Source: the human T2T-CHM13v2.0 reference genome, Homo sapiens. Taken from it: a stretch of 64,000 nt of DNA. Where the stretch lies: the NCBI RefSeq assembly GCF_009914755.1, contig NC_060931.1. One strand, 5' to 3'. This document shows positions 51,011-64,000 of this stretch, piece after piece. Under the pieces are notes generated by a model. It searched no databases, was not told the DNA's origin, and saw only the letters and a list, made by a program, of their open reading frames with translations. The position numbers and the translations under genes were made by a program. Position 1 is the stretch's first letter. Each line of letters opens with the position of its first letter.

Positions 51011-53602
51011 GAGAAAAAAGAAATAAAGTTGATTGTATAGTTTATCTATTTCAGAACAAAAACTGTAATATGGGAGTTTAAGCATGTTTACTTTCTCTGA
51101 CAGTTTGGTAGGTATAATAAAAAATTTACCTTGTTTTTTTAAAAAATAAGTAGCAGTCATTTTAATTAATTGCAATGTGGCTTTTAAAAAGAGCTTGAGG
51201 CCTAATTAGTTAAAATCTTACATGTGTATTTTCAGCATGAGTGTTCTATTAGAAGCTAAAAACTGGTTACTCATTTATTTTTAACCATGCTCATCATTTT
51301 AGTATTCCCTGATGGTGGGGAAATCTAACATTCTTTTTCTAGCAAGTTGTCTCACTGCTGCTTACTAACAGGTACTGGCAGAGCCTGTAATCTGCCTACC
51401 CACAAAGGTTAGAAATGAATTTTGGCATTTTGGTGGACACTCAATATTTACCCACTTGGAAGACAACAATAGTGCTCAAAACAATGAGATATATAAATTT
51501 CCTTGTTCGGTTTAACGGTGGCTGGAAGATAAGTCACTCAAGCAGTGCTGACAGGTATTACTCTGTCTGAGATCTCTGTTCTCTCATTTGAGAAGAAAAA
51601 ACAACAAATTCCTTGTCACCCTCTTCCTTTCTAGTGCAAATCTAAGACTGGAAGTTTTTTTGAACATATTATGCATCAGGACTTGATCATTAACTGGAAA
51701 CTACCTTCTGTCCTCTCTAGTTCATTGCTCCTCTTGGTTCAGCCCTATGGATCTAGAAAAATCTCACCCTTGCTCCACACACAGAGCCAGGCAGACAGCC
51801 CAGTGACAACCCTCAAAGTGAGCAATTTAGGTTTTGTTCTGGTAGCACAAAATTCCATTTCCTCTAGTTATTTTTTCTTTTATAGAAATGAAAATAAAAT
51901 AAAAGTATATTTTTCAAAATATTTGCCTGTGATTTATGTAAGTACCCACATGTTAAACCAAACTCTGTTGCTGCCTTGCAATATTTTCCTGGATTGAACC
52001 AGCCAGTATCCTTCAAGTCTTCTATGTAGGCCAATCACTATTAGAAATGAGTGGTCAGAATATATTTGTCTGTAATGTTTAATTTACTTCATCTGTAATG
52101 CTGCAGCCGGGGTATTTTATGGCATTACACTGGAAATGGCTTGACTCTTTGATATGGGGAGATAGATCTCAGGTCAAAACCCAAGGAATAATTGATTATT
52201 TTCACAAGAAGAGGGTTGAAAACTAATATCCTCCCCTCCTACAGTCCTCAGAAAATATCAGCCAGCAGTGAGAATGCATCATCAGAGAATGCTGATGTAA
52301 TAGGCAGACAGATCAGGGAGATGAAGTATCACACAGTCACCATCTCCATTAACTAATGTAGGAGGAAGCATCAAAGTTGTCCACAAAAAATAATTGACAG
52401 GTCTTGGTGCCTAAAGACACATACACAAGCCGTAAGAATTTCCTTTCATTTAGTAATCAGAGCCCTCAACAAAGAAAGGAACCTCTTAGCTTGGGCAGCA
52501 TTAAAACAAAACACTGAAGGAAGTACAGATGATTATCTTGAGATCTTAGACGAAACCAAACTAGACCCTAACAATATCGCTTGACCATATTATCGAGGAT
52601 TATAACCAATTCCTTGGTGAGGAAGATTAAAGTTTGATAATAGAATCTACTTTATATACATTGTATCTATACCTATTTGTCTAATCTATCATCACCTGTA
52701 TATCATCTATGAAATTAGAAAATAAATTGGGATAATTCTCACTATAATGTGTATGTCCAGTAAGTTTCATTATTGTTCTTAAGCTCATAGTGTCTCTAAT
52801 CAAAGACTCTCTAGATACAGTCATGTCCAGATATATAGTTGGGAGAAATCCACTTACTTCAGACAAACTTATGGTTTTTGTCTGAAGAAGCATATTTAAG
52901 AAAACATTATCCCTTACAAAGACTTTATTTTCTGTCAGGGTGTGCTACATATTGACTTACTATTTCTCAGTGACAGGGGAAAAGGCATAATCTTGAAATA
53001 TTTGAAAGTACTGGCTATCTTCACAGTTTTTTTCCAAGTTCAATGTATACAGGAAGTAAAAAATGTTTTCTGCCCAACCTAATATTACTCAGAAAAATTT
53101 TAATCTCAGACGGATTCAGTTAAGTCACCAAATCTTCGAAGGAAAGTAGTATCTTTTACAAGCACAATGAGAATTTTTAACTGCTCTCAGACAAGTGGCT
53201 ATAATTATTGGAGATTATCAGGTATAACTAAGACTCTAGGCTCACAGGAAAAACTGATGTCATATTAATTATGAAGAATTTTATTTTTGAAAAATGTCAT
53301 GTTTGCCTTAAATATTTAATATTTTCTCTTATCAAAATGTGTTACCTGGGAACTGAGGATCTAGCACCATCTGCAGGCAAAATAAGCTAATTTCATCTGG
53401 CAGTAGAAACAATTTTACAGAAGTTTAAAACAGGTTAAAATTCTTTCAACAATGATGTATAAGTCTGTCCTTACAATAAAAAAATAAATTGGAATGCCAC
53501 CTGCTTTGTCCTCCGTTTCTTTTATTTTCTCAAAGCATCTGCAGTGGCCGTTGATAAGAGTACTGTAGTCTCTGAACTGGTATGCTTAAGACTACAATAC
53601 TC

Positions 53603-53868
53603 TTGCCAGGAAGGGCCCCATTTTGATCAGCGGGGGAGGTACATCGGCTATGGCCCACAGTATTTTTAAAGGCCCACAAAAATGTTTCATGTCTTTTAAA
53701 ATCAGTATTAAAAAACTTTTAGGTCAAATAAACTATTTTAATATATGATATTAACGTATTCATCTTTATATCAACCCAGTTATAAAATATACTTTTTGAT
53801 ATTTTTAAATGGAGAGAGGGGTCTGTGAAGACAAAAGTGCCGAGGGCCCACTAAGTTCAAAAGGGTCT
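53603..53868 (-). mobile_element. ORSL-like hAT-Tip100 MITE
   Basis: Repeated ggcccac subterminal motifs and an interior matching the recalled ORSL (ttttaaaatcag...aacttttaggtcaaa). Confidence 0.55.
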
Positions 53869-54298
53869 TTTTTGGAGGCTGATGGCTAGAGTCCAAAGAA
53901 CTACACAGGTGAATACGGAGGGGAATCAACTTAACCCTGGTTAACTACTTAGAACACAGCTTGGCACGCATTCAGCTCTCAATTTGAGTCATTATATGCC
54001 AGCTACCTTTAGCCTTCTTAGTCTGGTTCTCACTACTTGTATGCCAGAGCTTATTTAAAGTTCATGTTTGCATATTTTGTTTTTAATCTCACATCTTAAT
54101 TAGTGCTTTTTAAAGTTAATCAGTGAACAAAATTACCAACATATAGTAATCATTGGAAAACTCTAAAATCCAAACAGAGAAGTCTTCCTGTCATTTCTTC
54201 AGCTGGTATGACTGATTCATCTTTAGCAACAACAAAAAATAACAAAATGCATGTGTTGGGGATTTAGATAACAACCATTGTGAAAAATTATTTGCAAT

Positions 54299-54662
54299 TA
54301 TATTAGCCCATTTTCACAACACTCTGAAGAACTACGTGAGACTGGCTAATTTATAAAGAAAGAGGTTTAACTGACTCACAGTTCCATATGGCTGAGAGGA
54401 CTCGGGAAACTTAAAATCATGACGAAAGGCGGAGGAGAAGCAAGCACGTTCTTCACACAGCAGCAGGAGAGGACGGGGTGGGGGAAGTGCCACACTTTTA
54501 AACCATTCGATCTCGTGAGAACTCACTCACTATGACGAGAACATCATGGGGAAACCACCTTCATGATCCAACCACCTTCTACCAAGTCCCTCCCTCGACA
54601 AGTGGGGATTACAATTTGAGATGAAATTTGGATAGGGACACACACAGAGCCACAGCATATCA
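54299..54662 (-). mobile_element. THE1D/MSTA-like MaLR LTR
   Basis: gagactggctaatttataaagaaagaggtttaa...gatctcgtgagaactcactcactat...catatca. Confidence 0.85.
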
Positions 54663-54694
54663 ATAATAATCTCATTTTAAATTTAAAATTACAC

Positions 54695-54860
54695 AGTACT
54701 CTTATGATGTAAATATTTTTTATCCCCATTTTACAAATGAGGGAATTCACGTATAGAAGGAGGTAAAGTTCTCTGTGCGAGTACACACAACTGTGGTGAG
54801 TTAGAGCCAGGATCTGGGATCGAATTAAAATCCAGGTGCACCTGACTCTGAAGCCTCACA
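54695..54860 (-). mobile_element. MIR SINE
   Basis: tatccccattttacaaatgaggg core and ctgactctgaagcc. Confidence 0.6.
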
Positions 54861-55675
54861 GCAATGTGTCCTGCAGCTGTCCTGCCTCCAGTTCTATTTC
54901 TACATGGTGCTCTTCGCAGACACCTCTCCACATACAAATGTATATCCACAGCTAGAACAAAACAAACTGGTAATTCTCAAATTCTTCTTGAAGTGAGTTT
55001 TTTTCAAAATATTTTTGTCCAACAAATAAATTAAATACCTCATTTTAACAGGCATATTTTTATTAACCCATAATGTGGATTGAAAAGCGGAAAGAAATAT
55101 CTTTAATAAATTATCAAGTGATCTTGAGCCATTAAACATTCTTGGCTTTTTCTAAAAATAGATGATAGCATGTAGTTAATAGGCCTTGGTGTCAGATATG
55201 CATTCAAATACAATCACGGCAAAGTGTAAGCAGCAGGGTATTTAGGAAACAATTGGAGTTCTCTAGGCTTTGGTGTTGTCATCTGTAAAATAGAGAGAAA
55301 TCTTTTCTCTCAAAAACTTGATTGTCTGAAAGATTGTTAATTAAAATCCCTAGCATCACGCTCAATACATTTTGGTTTTCTTTCTTCTAATTATCCCCAC
55401 TTAATTTATTTAATTGATAATCACATAATTGATCTACTTCCACTCAGGAAAGCACTTCTGATTTTTATGGTGTGCTATTGAATAATTATGAAAATAAAGT
55501 GGATGCTGAGTGAAGAGGTTATCATACCTAGCAGTCTTTTGACAGAAATATTTGTCCATAGTAGTTTTAGTTTACCTGTCTTCAATAAATAAAGCAAAAA
55601 TTGAAAATCTTTGACAACCAAGCTCTGAGAACTTTCTGAATTTAGAACTGTTGCCTTCCCAACTCAGAACATGAA

Positions 55676-56025
55676 TGATATGGTTTGGCTGTGTCCCTAT
55701 CCAAATCTCATCTTGAATTGTAGCTCCCATAACTCCCTTGTGTTATGGGAGGGATCCAGTGGGAGATAATTGAATCATGGGGATGATTTCCCCCATACTG
55801 TTCTCATGGTAGTGAATACGTCTCAAGAGATCTGGTAGTTTTATGAGGGGAAACCCCTTTCACTTGGGTCTCATTCTCTTGTCTCCCGCCATGTGAGACA
55901 CCTTTGGTCATGACTGTGACACCTCCTCAGCCACGTGGAACTGTGAGTCCATTAAACCTCTTTCTTTTGTAAATTGCCCAGTCTTAGGTACGTCTTTATC
56001 AGCAGTGTGAAAATGAACTAATATA
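55676..56025 (+). mobile_element. THE1C-like MaLR solo LTR
   Basis: tgatatggtttggctgtgtccc...cattaaacctctt. Flanks ATGAA/ATGAG. Confidence 0.88.
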
Positions 56026-56987
56026 ATGAGCTTCACCATAACTTAGCAAACAGCCAATTCCATCTGCCATGACTCTGCTGGCCCTGATCTGGGCTGATTG
56101 CCTAGGGATGGTCACTGGTTCACGCCCATCCAGTGGTACCAATTTCTCTGAGATTTTTCTCAGCCAAGACTTTTGAACTAAATGTCATGTCTTCTAGTCA
56201 ATGGGTGGCAGTAATTGGAACAGAAAGATCATCACATTGATCTGCTGGCTACATTGAATCCTGAGGAAAATCAATAAAGAACAGCAATGGGCAAAGAGAA
56301 TTAAAGATTTACAGAGAGGCCAAGAAGAGACAATCCATGCAGGTCCAGAAAGAGAAAAGAATGAGTCTCTTGATTGCTTCCTGGCTCCCATTAAACCCAG
56401 CCTCACTTCTTGTCTTGAATGCTGTATCTTTTTAATTAACCACCATGTCTATTGAGTTGAATCAAAGGAAGAAAAAAAAAACCTTAACTCGATGGCTCCC
56501 ACCTGGAAAAGGGGAGGCAGTTTCCACTAAAGTGGGGCTGTTAGAAAAAAGATAGAAAATTAGGAAAACTGAGGGTAGTTTCCCACTCTTCATTGCCAGG
56601 GATAGGTAGCAATCCAACATATCTGTCTGCTGCAAACTTGTCCTGGCCATTACAAGCCATGACTGTTTAAAGGAAATAGAGTGTCAAGGATGCTGCCCAT
56701 ATTTTCAACATCATCAAAGAGTTTAAGTGTTACATGATGAGGTCCTTGTGAGGCAAACTGAAAACTGGAGGAAATAAACTTGACAAGAATTGTAAACAGG
56801 TCAGTTTGTGCAGCCTGTTTTCTGAAATTAAGGGCTGAGTTCTGTGAAAAATAGAAGTCATCTGAGAATAAGTCTTATTTCTTATTCAACATTACATATT
56901 AGTGATTTTAGCACACTTGCTTTACTGCTGTTTATAAATATCTCATCTACTTCATCAGAGAAGGAAAATGTATTAAGACTTAAGCAA

Positions 56988-57164
56988 TTTTTTTAAGAGA
57001 TGGGGTCTACGTTGCCCAGGCTAGAATGCAGTAGCGATTCATCAGTATTCACAGGTAGAATACTCACTCAATACAGACTTTCAACTCCTGGGCTCAAGTG
57101 ATCCTCTTGCCTCAGCCTCCCAAGTAGCTGAGATTACAGGTACAGAAAACTGCAACCACCTGAC
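56988..57164 (-). mobile_element. FAM-like fossil Alu monomer
   Basis: Monomer that retains the 7SL-derived tattcacagg segment. Degenerate TSD ttaagcaat / ttatgcaat. Confidence 0.65.
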
Positions 57165-57854
57165 TTATGCAATCTTTAGGAATTTTGTCAGACTTTTTTT
57201 TCTACAAACAAGAATTGAGTTGATATTTCCAGTATCTTTTGCAAATAGTGATTGAGGAAACATCAGCTGCAGATAAACATTGATTAACAAGCTCCACTTA
57301 GATTCCCTACTTTGCTTTCTGTGAACAAATAGCCATTCTTCTCTTTTAAAAATAGCAGAATCTTATAATGTTTATTATTTATTTCTTATTTACAGTTAAT
57401 AACATTTTAGATACGCAGTACAGTATATCTTCTTTTAGGTTTTCTGTATTGTATTTCTCCCCCTATTTGACATGTTGTTTAATATTTAGGCCACTGCACC
57501 TCATTTTAGAAGTAACTGGCATGCATATTATAAGTCATAAACAAATTATTAAGTGGCATAAAGGCAAAATTTTATATTAATTTGATTAATATAAATATGC
57601 TTGGTTTAAACTGTAGCACGTAAGTCCATCAAAAATTACATAATTGTGATGGATTTTTTATAAAATTGAAAAAATACATACAATATGTCTATATTGTCAT
57701 TATGGGTTCCAAATATCCCCAAATAGTTTTAACCTGAAATTTTAAATACTATCGTGTATTTCATTTCAATGTTAGCATGAATAAACACAAAACAGTCAAA
57801 TATATTAACTAAGCAAAGTCTATAGTCTGAATTCTTTATAAGAATTCAGTGTGA

Positions 57855-57917
57855 ATAGACACTACACTCTAGCCTGGGCAACATAGCAAGACCTTATTCC
57901 TAATAAATAAATAAAAT
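57855..57917 (+). mobile_element. Alu 3' terminal fragment
   Basis: cactacactctagcctgggcaacatagcaagacc followed by an A-rich tail. Confidence 0.65.
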
Positions 57918-58328
57918 TATAAGATAAATATTGAAAGTTACACATTTTCAAGTACTTTTGCTTAATTTTTAAACACTCATTATTTTCAAAGTATTTTCCA
58001 AATAGACTGTGAATAAAGTATGTTTAAATTAATTGATGTGAAATATCACCAAGACATAAGCCAAAAATTAAATCTCTTGCCATCAATTTATCAAATTACT
58101 TGCTTTTCTAAACTCACATTATATTCTAAACATTACTTTCATTTCCATGAGTCATTAGCTTTCATAAGGACGATTTTACATAAAATTTGTAAACCACAGC
58201 ATTTCTTCATTATTAACATATACAGGTCCATTAAGTCAATTATAAATGGATAGTGTATTGATTAATATTTTAATTTTATTGAGATTCTTGATGTAGATCT
58301 AAAAAATGTTTATGAAAAATTTAATGTA

Positions 58329-58668
58329 CACTCATGCATCACTTAATGAAGGGTATATGTTCTGAGAAATGCATCATTAGGCAATTGTGTCTTTGTACTA
58401 ACCTCGTAGAATGTATTTACACAAACTTAGGTGGTATAGCCTACTACACCTGCGCTGTATGGTACAGCCTACTGCTCCTAGGCTACAAATCTTTACAACA
58501 TGTTACTGTATTCGAATACTGTAGATAATTGTAGCACAATGGTAAGTATTTGTAGATCTAAACATGGAAAAGGTACAGAAAAATATGGTAATATAGTCTC
58601 AGGGGACTACCATCATATATACAGTTTGTGATTAGCTGAAACGTCATTCATTATGTCGTGCATGACTG
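58329..58668 (+). mobile_element. Tigger3a/MER7A-like MITE
   Basis: TIRs cactcatgcatcacttaatga and cattatgtcgtgcatgactg, plus ttctgagaaatgcatcattaggc. Confidence 0.8.
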
Positions 58669-58780
58669 CATTAGTTTAGGTATCTCAGAAAAAGTCTTTA
58701 AGCAATTATTACTTTTCAACCATAAAAAGTTTATATTGAAAATCAATTTAATAAGACTATTGATAAAATTGCTATGTGGT

Positions 58781-59618
58781 TGTGATATTTTGAAATATAT
58801 ATTTGGTTTTCATCCCATTCCTGATATATACTCCTAAAATCATTATAATGTCCAAAGTGATAAGAGTCTTTTTGTATGCTAATGAGTTGACCAATGGCTG
58901 GGGACTCCTGGATAGCCAGGTCATAGGAGGCCGGTCATAGGAAAGACCAAGATAGCTTTAAGCATTTCAGCCCAGCCCCTCCAACCTCCAGGGAAGGCGA
59001 GAGGCTGAAGGTTAAGTCAATCACCAATGGATAATGATTCAATCAATCATGCCTACGTAATGAAGTCACCATAAAAGCCCAAGGACAATGTTCAGATGAG
59101 CTTTCAGATAGCTGAATACACAGAGGTTCCTGGAGAGGGCATAGAACCTCTGCACCCCTTCCCACATGCTTTGCCCTACACATCTCTTCACCTGTGTCCT
59201 TTGTTACATCCTTTATAATAAAGCAGTAAACGTGTTTCACTGTGTTCTGTGAGCCGTTCTAGCAAATTAATCAAGCCTGAGAGGAGGAGATAGTGGGAAC
59301 TCTAATTTATAGCTGGCCAGTCAGAAGCACAGGTAAAACAACCTCGGGCATGTGATTGGCATCTGAAGGGGTAAGTCTGAGGAATTGGGGGACAGTGACC
59401 TCAACCTGTGGCATCTGATGCTACTACAGGTAGATAGTGTCAGAACTGCATTGAATTAAGAGGACATCCAGCTGATGTTTGCTGCAGAATTGATTAGTTA
59501 TTGGGGAGAACTCCCCCACAAACTTCTTGGTGACCAGATGTCACAGAAACCTTCTGTGTTGATTGTTGTGTTGTGAGAATATACTGGGAAGAAACTGAAT
59601 TTGTTTTCTTCTCATACA
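58781..59618 (+). mobile_element. MER21A/B-like solo LTR
   Basis: tgtgatattttgaaatatatatttgg...ttttgtatgctaatgagttgac, plus cataaaa and aataaa. Confidence 0.78.
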
Positions 59619-59872
59619 ATTGTATATTAAGCAAAGTTGTCAAACTGATATAAAAATGTATCTATTTTCATAGTATTTTAATTCCAATTACTAAGTTTAA
59701 AAAGTATTCATTTGTATCTACAATGCTATTTTCACAAAAGCTGAAGAATATTTGTACAATACTCTTATTTTCACAAAAGCTGAAGAATTTAAGTATACAC
59801 TAAGTGTTAACATTTATTTTGCATTTATATTTCTGAATTTCTGGTAACATAAAACATAGTGAAGCATCTTAT

Positions 59873-60631
59873 TGTTGATGAAAAGAGTCAAACTGTGTAA
59901 AATATTTGAAGATATTTATTCGGAGCAAAATGAGTCATCATGGCCTGTGACATGGCCCCAGGAGATGCTGAGAACACGTGCCCAAGGATGTCGGGCTACA
60001 GCTGGGTTTTATATGTTTTAGGGAGACATAATAGGTGGATTCAAGAATTTTCTGATTGGCAATTGGTTTATCTAAAGACCCAGAATCAACAGAAGGGAGT
60101 GTCTGGGTTAAAATAAGGGGTTGTGGAGACCAGGGGGTTCTTACTATGCAGATGAGGCTTCCAGGTAGGAGGCTTCAGAGAGAAGAGATTGCAAATGTTT
60201 CCTATCAGGCTTAAAAAGGTGCCAAACTCTTAGTTTATTCTCTCCTGGATCAGGAAAAAGACCTGGAAAAGGGTGGGATTCTCTACAGAATGTAGATTTT
60301 CCCCAAAAGAGACAGCTTTGCGGGGACATTTCAAAATATGTCAAAAAATATATTTTAGGGTAAAATAATTTCTTTCAGGGCCTGTTATCTGTCATGTTGC
60401 TATCTTATTGCTACAAAAAGTCTGCTTTGTTATTCTTAAGGTCTCTGTTTTGATGTTAATGCTGATGGGTTGTGCCTGAATTACAAAGGGATGAGGGTAT
60501 AATGAGGCATGTCCGATCATCCATTCCCATGATGTCCTGAACCAATGTTTCAGGTTTACTTTGGAATTCAATTACTCGAGAAGAGTTCTTTCCATTGTTT
60601 GGGAGGCTTTAAATTTTATTTTTGGTTTATA
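59873..60631 (-). mobile_element. MER4D/E-like solo LTR
   Basis: aaagagtcaaactgtgtaaaatatttgaaga at left and aattttatttttggttta at right. TSD TTAT. Confidence 0.82.
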
Positions 60632-61228
60632 TTATGTTCTCCTAAGTAATCTATTAAAACTACCTTTTAGTAAATATAAAATGATAAATTAAAAACTCTT
60701 TAATTCTGACATTGGATGTTAATACTTAAAGAGTCCTTAGCATATGTAGCAATACTTTTATTCTGATTGCGTCTTACTTTATCTTACAGGTTAGATATGG
60801 CTTAGGAATGCTCAATCTTTCTACTTAAAAGAAAAAAAAACGAGCCTTTGTAAATGTATATGATTTAAGATGGTCGTGTTCAAATTAAAATAACTTGTTT
60901 TCTGAAAGTCAAATGAAATGTCTGAGGTAAAATATGAGATAGCAGGAAAAAGGAAACTTTATAAACCCAGGTAACTTGCAATTATTTGGGTCTCTGAGGC
61001 AAATCTTTTAATTATATGTGTATTCCTTGTTGTTGTTACCCACTTCCCCAACTATTCATGTATTGTAATTTAACTTTGTTTTTATTAAGCATCCAGATAC
61101 ACTTTTCTTGTGATATCTGTAGAAGGATTTGGTTTTGTGATCATCTCTCTTGATTCATATACCAGAATGGATCATGGTACAGAAAAAATGGAAAGATGGA
61201 AGAGCAATCAGATGCAGACCTTTTAGCA

Positions 61229-61757
61229 TGTCTGGTGTTTGTTTTCTCACTTTTGGGCCCAGGACACCACTGCCACTTTTTGTAAGGCTGGAATTACATT
61301 TTTCAGAATCCACTTACCTGTGTGGTTCTGGGTCAGAGTTTGCCAATGAGAAAAATTTGCTGGAGAGTCAGAAGAAGGAAATGAAGAGGAAGCCATCAGT
61401 CTTTTCAGAGGTGTTTGCAGCTTGATGCTTGGAAAGATGAAATTCACAGTGGCTTTCTAGCAAAATTTTGAGAATAATCCACTTTGCCTGAGACAGTTGG
61501 TGGTAGTTTTTAAAGATTCTCAAGTATTATAGCAGCTCCGGGAAAGCCTCTGAAAAGAACCTGCTTGGAGCTTTGGGCTAACGTCTTCATTATTACCTAC
61601 TCTGATCAGCGGTGGCTTTCCTAACCTCTAGCTCCCAACCCTCATTCCCCATTCTTCAAATACTTACTTCTGTGAGCCCCTCGTTCTGCATTAAGCATCA
61701 TCTATTAGGATGATATCAAGTGGCTTCCATTAGGCTGACTGACTCCTAATGATGCAG
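61229..61757 (+). mobile_element. Old ERVL-type LTR (LTR33/LTR50-related)
   Basis: ggttctgggtcagagtttgccaatgag motif and an end resembling ctgactgaaccctgactgataca. Confidence 0.4.
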
Positions 61758-61881
61758 ACATAGTCACAGTTAGGGCTGAGAAAATATTCAGCTTATTAAA
61801 TATTGTGAATGGGTGGAATATCAGATACATCATCTCAATATGTAAATATCCTATCCCATCTCAACATCAAATTTAGATTAC

Positions 61882-62082
61882 CTGGATTTCTTCTTTGCTT
61901 TTCTCTATGATTACAACAGAGATCATTATGTATTTTATTAGTTTCTTCAGTCTTTAAGATATTTTTTGAATGATGTTCAAATAAACTCCAAGTTATCTCC
62001 AACTTTTTCTGAACAAAATATTTCCATTCTTAAGATACAGGCTTGTAATTCACATACTTGATGCTACTCAATGGCGTCTTAT
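61882..62082 (-). other. Candidate non-coding exon (201 nt)
   Basis: Minus-strand acceptor tttccttcttcctactacag and donor CAG|gtaatc. All three frames contain stops. Confidence 0.35.
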
Positions 62083-62489
62083 CTGTAGTAGGAAGAAGGA
62101 AATTGTGTTTCAATGAATAGTATAAAATCATTTAACCCTTACTCATTATTTGTTGCCTCCTTCCCTCTGACATGATACGTAAAGCTCTTTTGGTTCTGTT
62201 TGCCACTAGATTCAATACTGTTTTCATAAAATTGAAATCAAATCAAGATCATACTTACGATCCAAGCTGTCATAACCTAATGGAGCTTGCATACTAGGTG
62301 ATTCCATCGTGGCAAAATGTTACACTTTAGAAACATCCATGCCCAATAAAACTAATTAATGTTTTGATATCCCTCAGGAAAAAACCACTGATACTCATAA
62401 CACATTGCAGTGTTTCTCTGAAGTGTCTTTCCCCATCCTTTTCTTTCTCCACCTCTTTCTATTCCTCTATTGGATGTAATTAGTTACAA

Positions 62490-62680
62490 ACTCTTACATA
62501 GTGCTTGTTATGTCCCAGGCACCACTCTAGGTACTTCACATATATTAACATATTTAATCCTTACAATAAGCCTAACATTAGGTGCTACTATTAATGCCAT
62601 ATTGCAGATGAGAAAACTGAGACTGAGGGGGTTAAACTTGCCTGAAATCACAGAGCAAATAAGTGGCAGGGTCAGAGTGA
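62490..62680 (-). mobile_element. MIR SINE
   Basis: gtgcttgttatgtcccaggcac...tttaatcctta...gcagatgagaaaactgagac core. Confidence 0.75.
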
Positions 62681-64000
62681 GTGCACTCAGCCACAAGCAG
62701 GAGGTTATGATGCTTCTCAAAGCCTTTTATCAACCCACCCTCTTTAGCACCTTTTTCTTCCTTTGCTTATTTTCCCTTTCTCTGTGTTTCTTGTCTCTAG
62801 CCAGTAATTCTTTTTCATTGAAATTCTAGCAATCCAATCAGTAAGCTCCATTTCTTTTTTTTACCCACTATCTCAGGTTGCCTGAGGAAGAGCCAGGAGG
62901 TAGTTAGCCAGCCTGAACCCTCCTTTGGGGAAGGTAGGGAAGAGGGGAGCAAGGGATGGAGTTGGAGAAGGTTCTATGGATACCCATGGATGGTGATTGC
63001 TTTTTTCCCCACTAAAGAGAAATTTATGTTTTAACCTATGTGTGGGAGACAAAGAAATACCGAAAGCAAGTAAAGAAAAAAAAAAATGACACCAGTGATC
63101 AACAGAATAAAGCCAGAATGAGATTGAAGTTAGAAGCTTGGGAGAGCAGGTTACAGTAGAACAGGACATATTGTCCTCATGCTTAGCCTTTTATGCCCTT
63201 TTCCTTCCCCACGGCCTTCTGGCATTTTTTCCCCTTAGTGTGATTTTAAATGCATTCTTAGAAGCAGCATTAATGGGGATAAAGACGATTTACTATTGAT
63301 CATATGAGGAAGGATTCAGATGGCAAATAAATACATAAAATAGAATATAGAGCAGCCACCTAGTTTAGTACTGTCAAAGTGGAGTTAAAAAGCTTTAGAG
63401 GTCATAGGGTTTTCTGTGCCATAAAAATCTCACATCAAATCAAATCAAATAATATATACTTAGGCTGCCTTCAAACCCAAGGAAGCTCAAGCTTTTATTT
63501 TTATTTTTCTCAAACAATATTTAATCAAATAAGTACTCAATAACTTTTGCTTTCCAGTTTTCAAACCATAGCCCTATTATGATCTGGTTATTTTCACAAT
63601 GGGGGCCAATCCTACAGGATGACACCAGTGCTCGGAGAAAACTATACATATATCCATTTTGTCTCCAAGCCAGATTGATCCATATCAAGCTTCAAGAAGA
63701 AAATTTCTAATCAGTTGTCAAATTCTGGTACTCCAGCATACTTTTATATTCATGACCCTGGGGCATTTTGAAGTGCTAAATAGCATATAATGACTTTTTA
63801 AATTACAACTCCTACATATTAACTTTAAGACATTTTTGAGAGGTTTGCTGCATTTGTGTGTCTGTATGTTTGTATGAGAGAGAGAGAGATTATTAGAACT
63901 ACCCTTGTGTGTATAGGAATTAGGACTGAAATAACATCTCGGCTGTTGATATTTGGAAATTTAAGATTAGAGACAAAACACAATGCAGTTTAATCCTATA

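Noticed and set aside
52090-52135. Possible pre-miRNA hairpin
   Set aside because: The stem is only 8 bp, far short of a pre-miRNA.
56988-57164. 7SL RNA gene
   Set aside because: It lacks the S domain, is diverged, and has a tail and TSD. It is a fossil Alu monomer.
60790-60970. Possible plus-strand exon (ttacag ... CAG|gtaact)
   Set aside because: The motifs are common in AT-rich DNA and there is no ORF or other support.
62470-63169. 119-aa and 98-aa ORFs near the window end
   Set aside because: They overlap a MIR and low-complexity pyrimidine/purine tracts and have no recognisable domain.

Overview
This is primate (human-like) genomic DNA, not microbial. It is mostly decayed transposable elements. 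The dense part is an ERV1/MER4-group LTR cluster at about 12.8-42.7 kb. It includes an LTR28-like provirus with PBS-Pro and gag/pro/pol/env remnants, and a MER31-like provirus filled with nested insertions. The rest holds L1MA/L1PA LINEs, Alus, a FAM, MIRs, MaLR LTRs and Tigger/hAT DNA transposons. No intact protein-coding gene, RNA gene or CRISPR array is supported, and the listed ORFs are either spurious or transposase/pol/ORF2 fragments. The most notable structures are: a four-layer LTR nest with readable target-site duplications (TSDs) at 19367-28040; a young 5'-truncated L1PA2-like insertion with a short apparent 3' transduction; several small templated rearrangements; and candidate minus-strand non-coding exons near 53.3 and 62 kb. 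I found no evidence of a new biological system. Subfamily names come from recalled consensus sequences and need RepeatMasker/Dfam confirmation.
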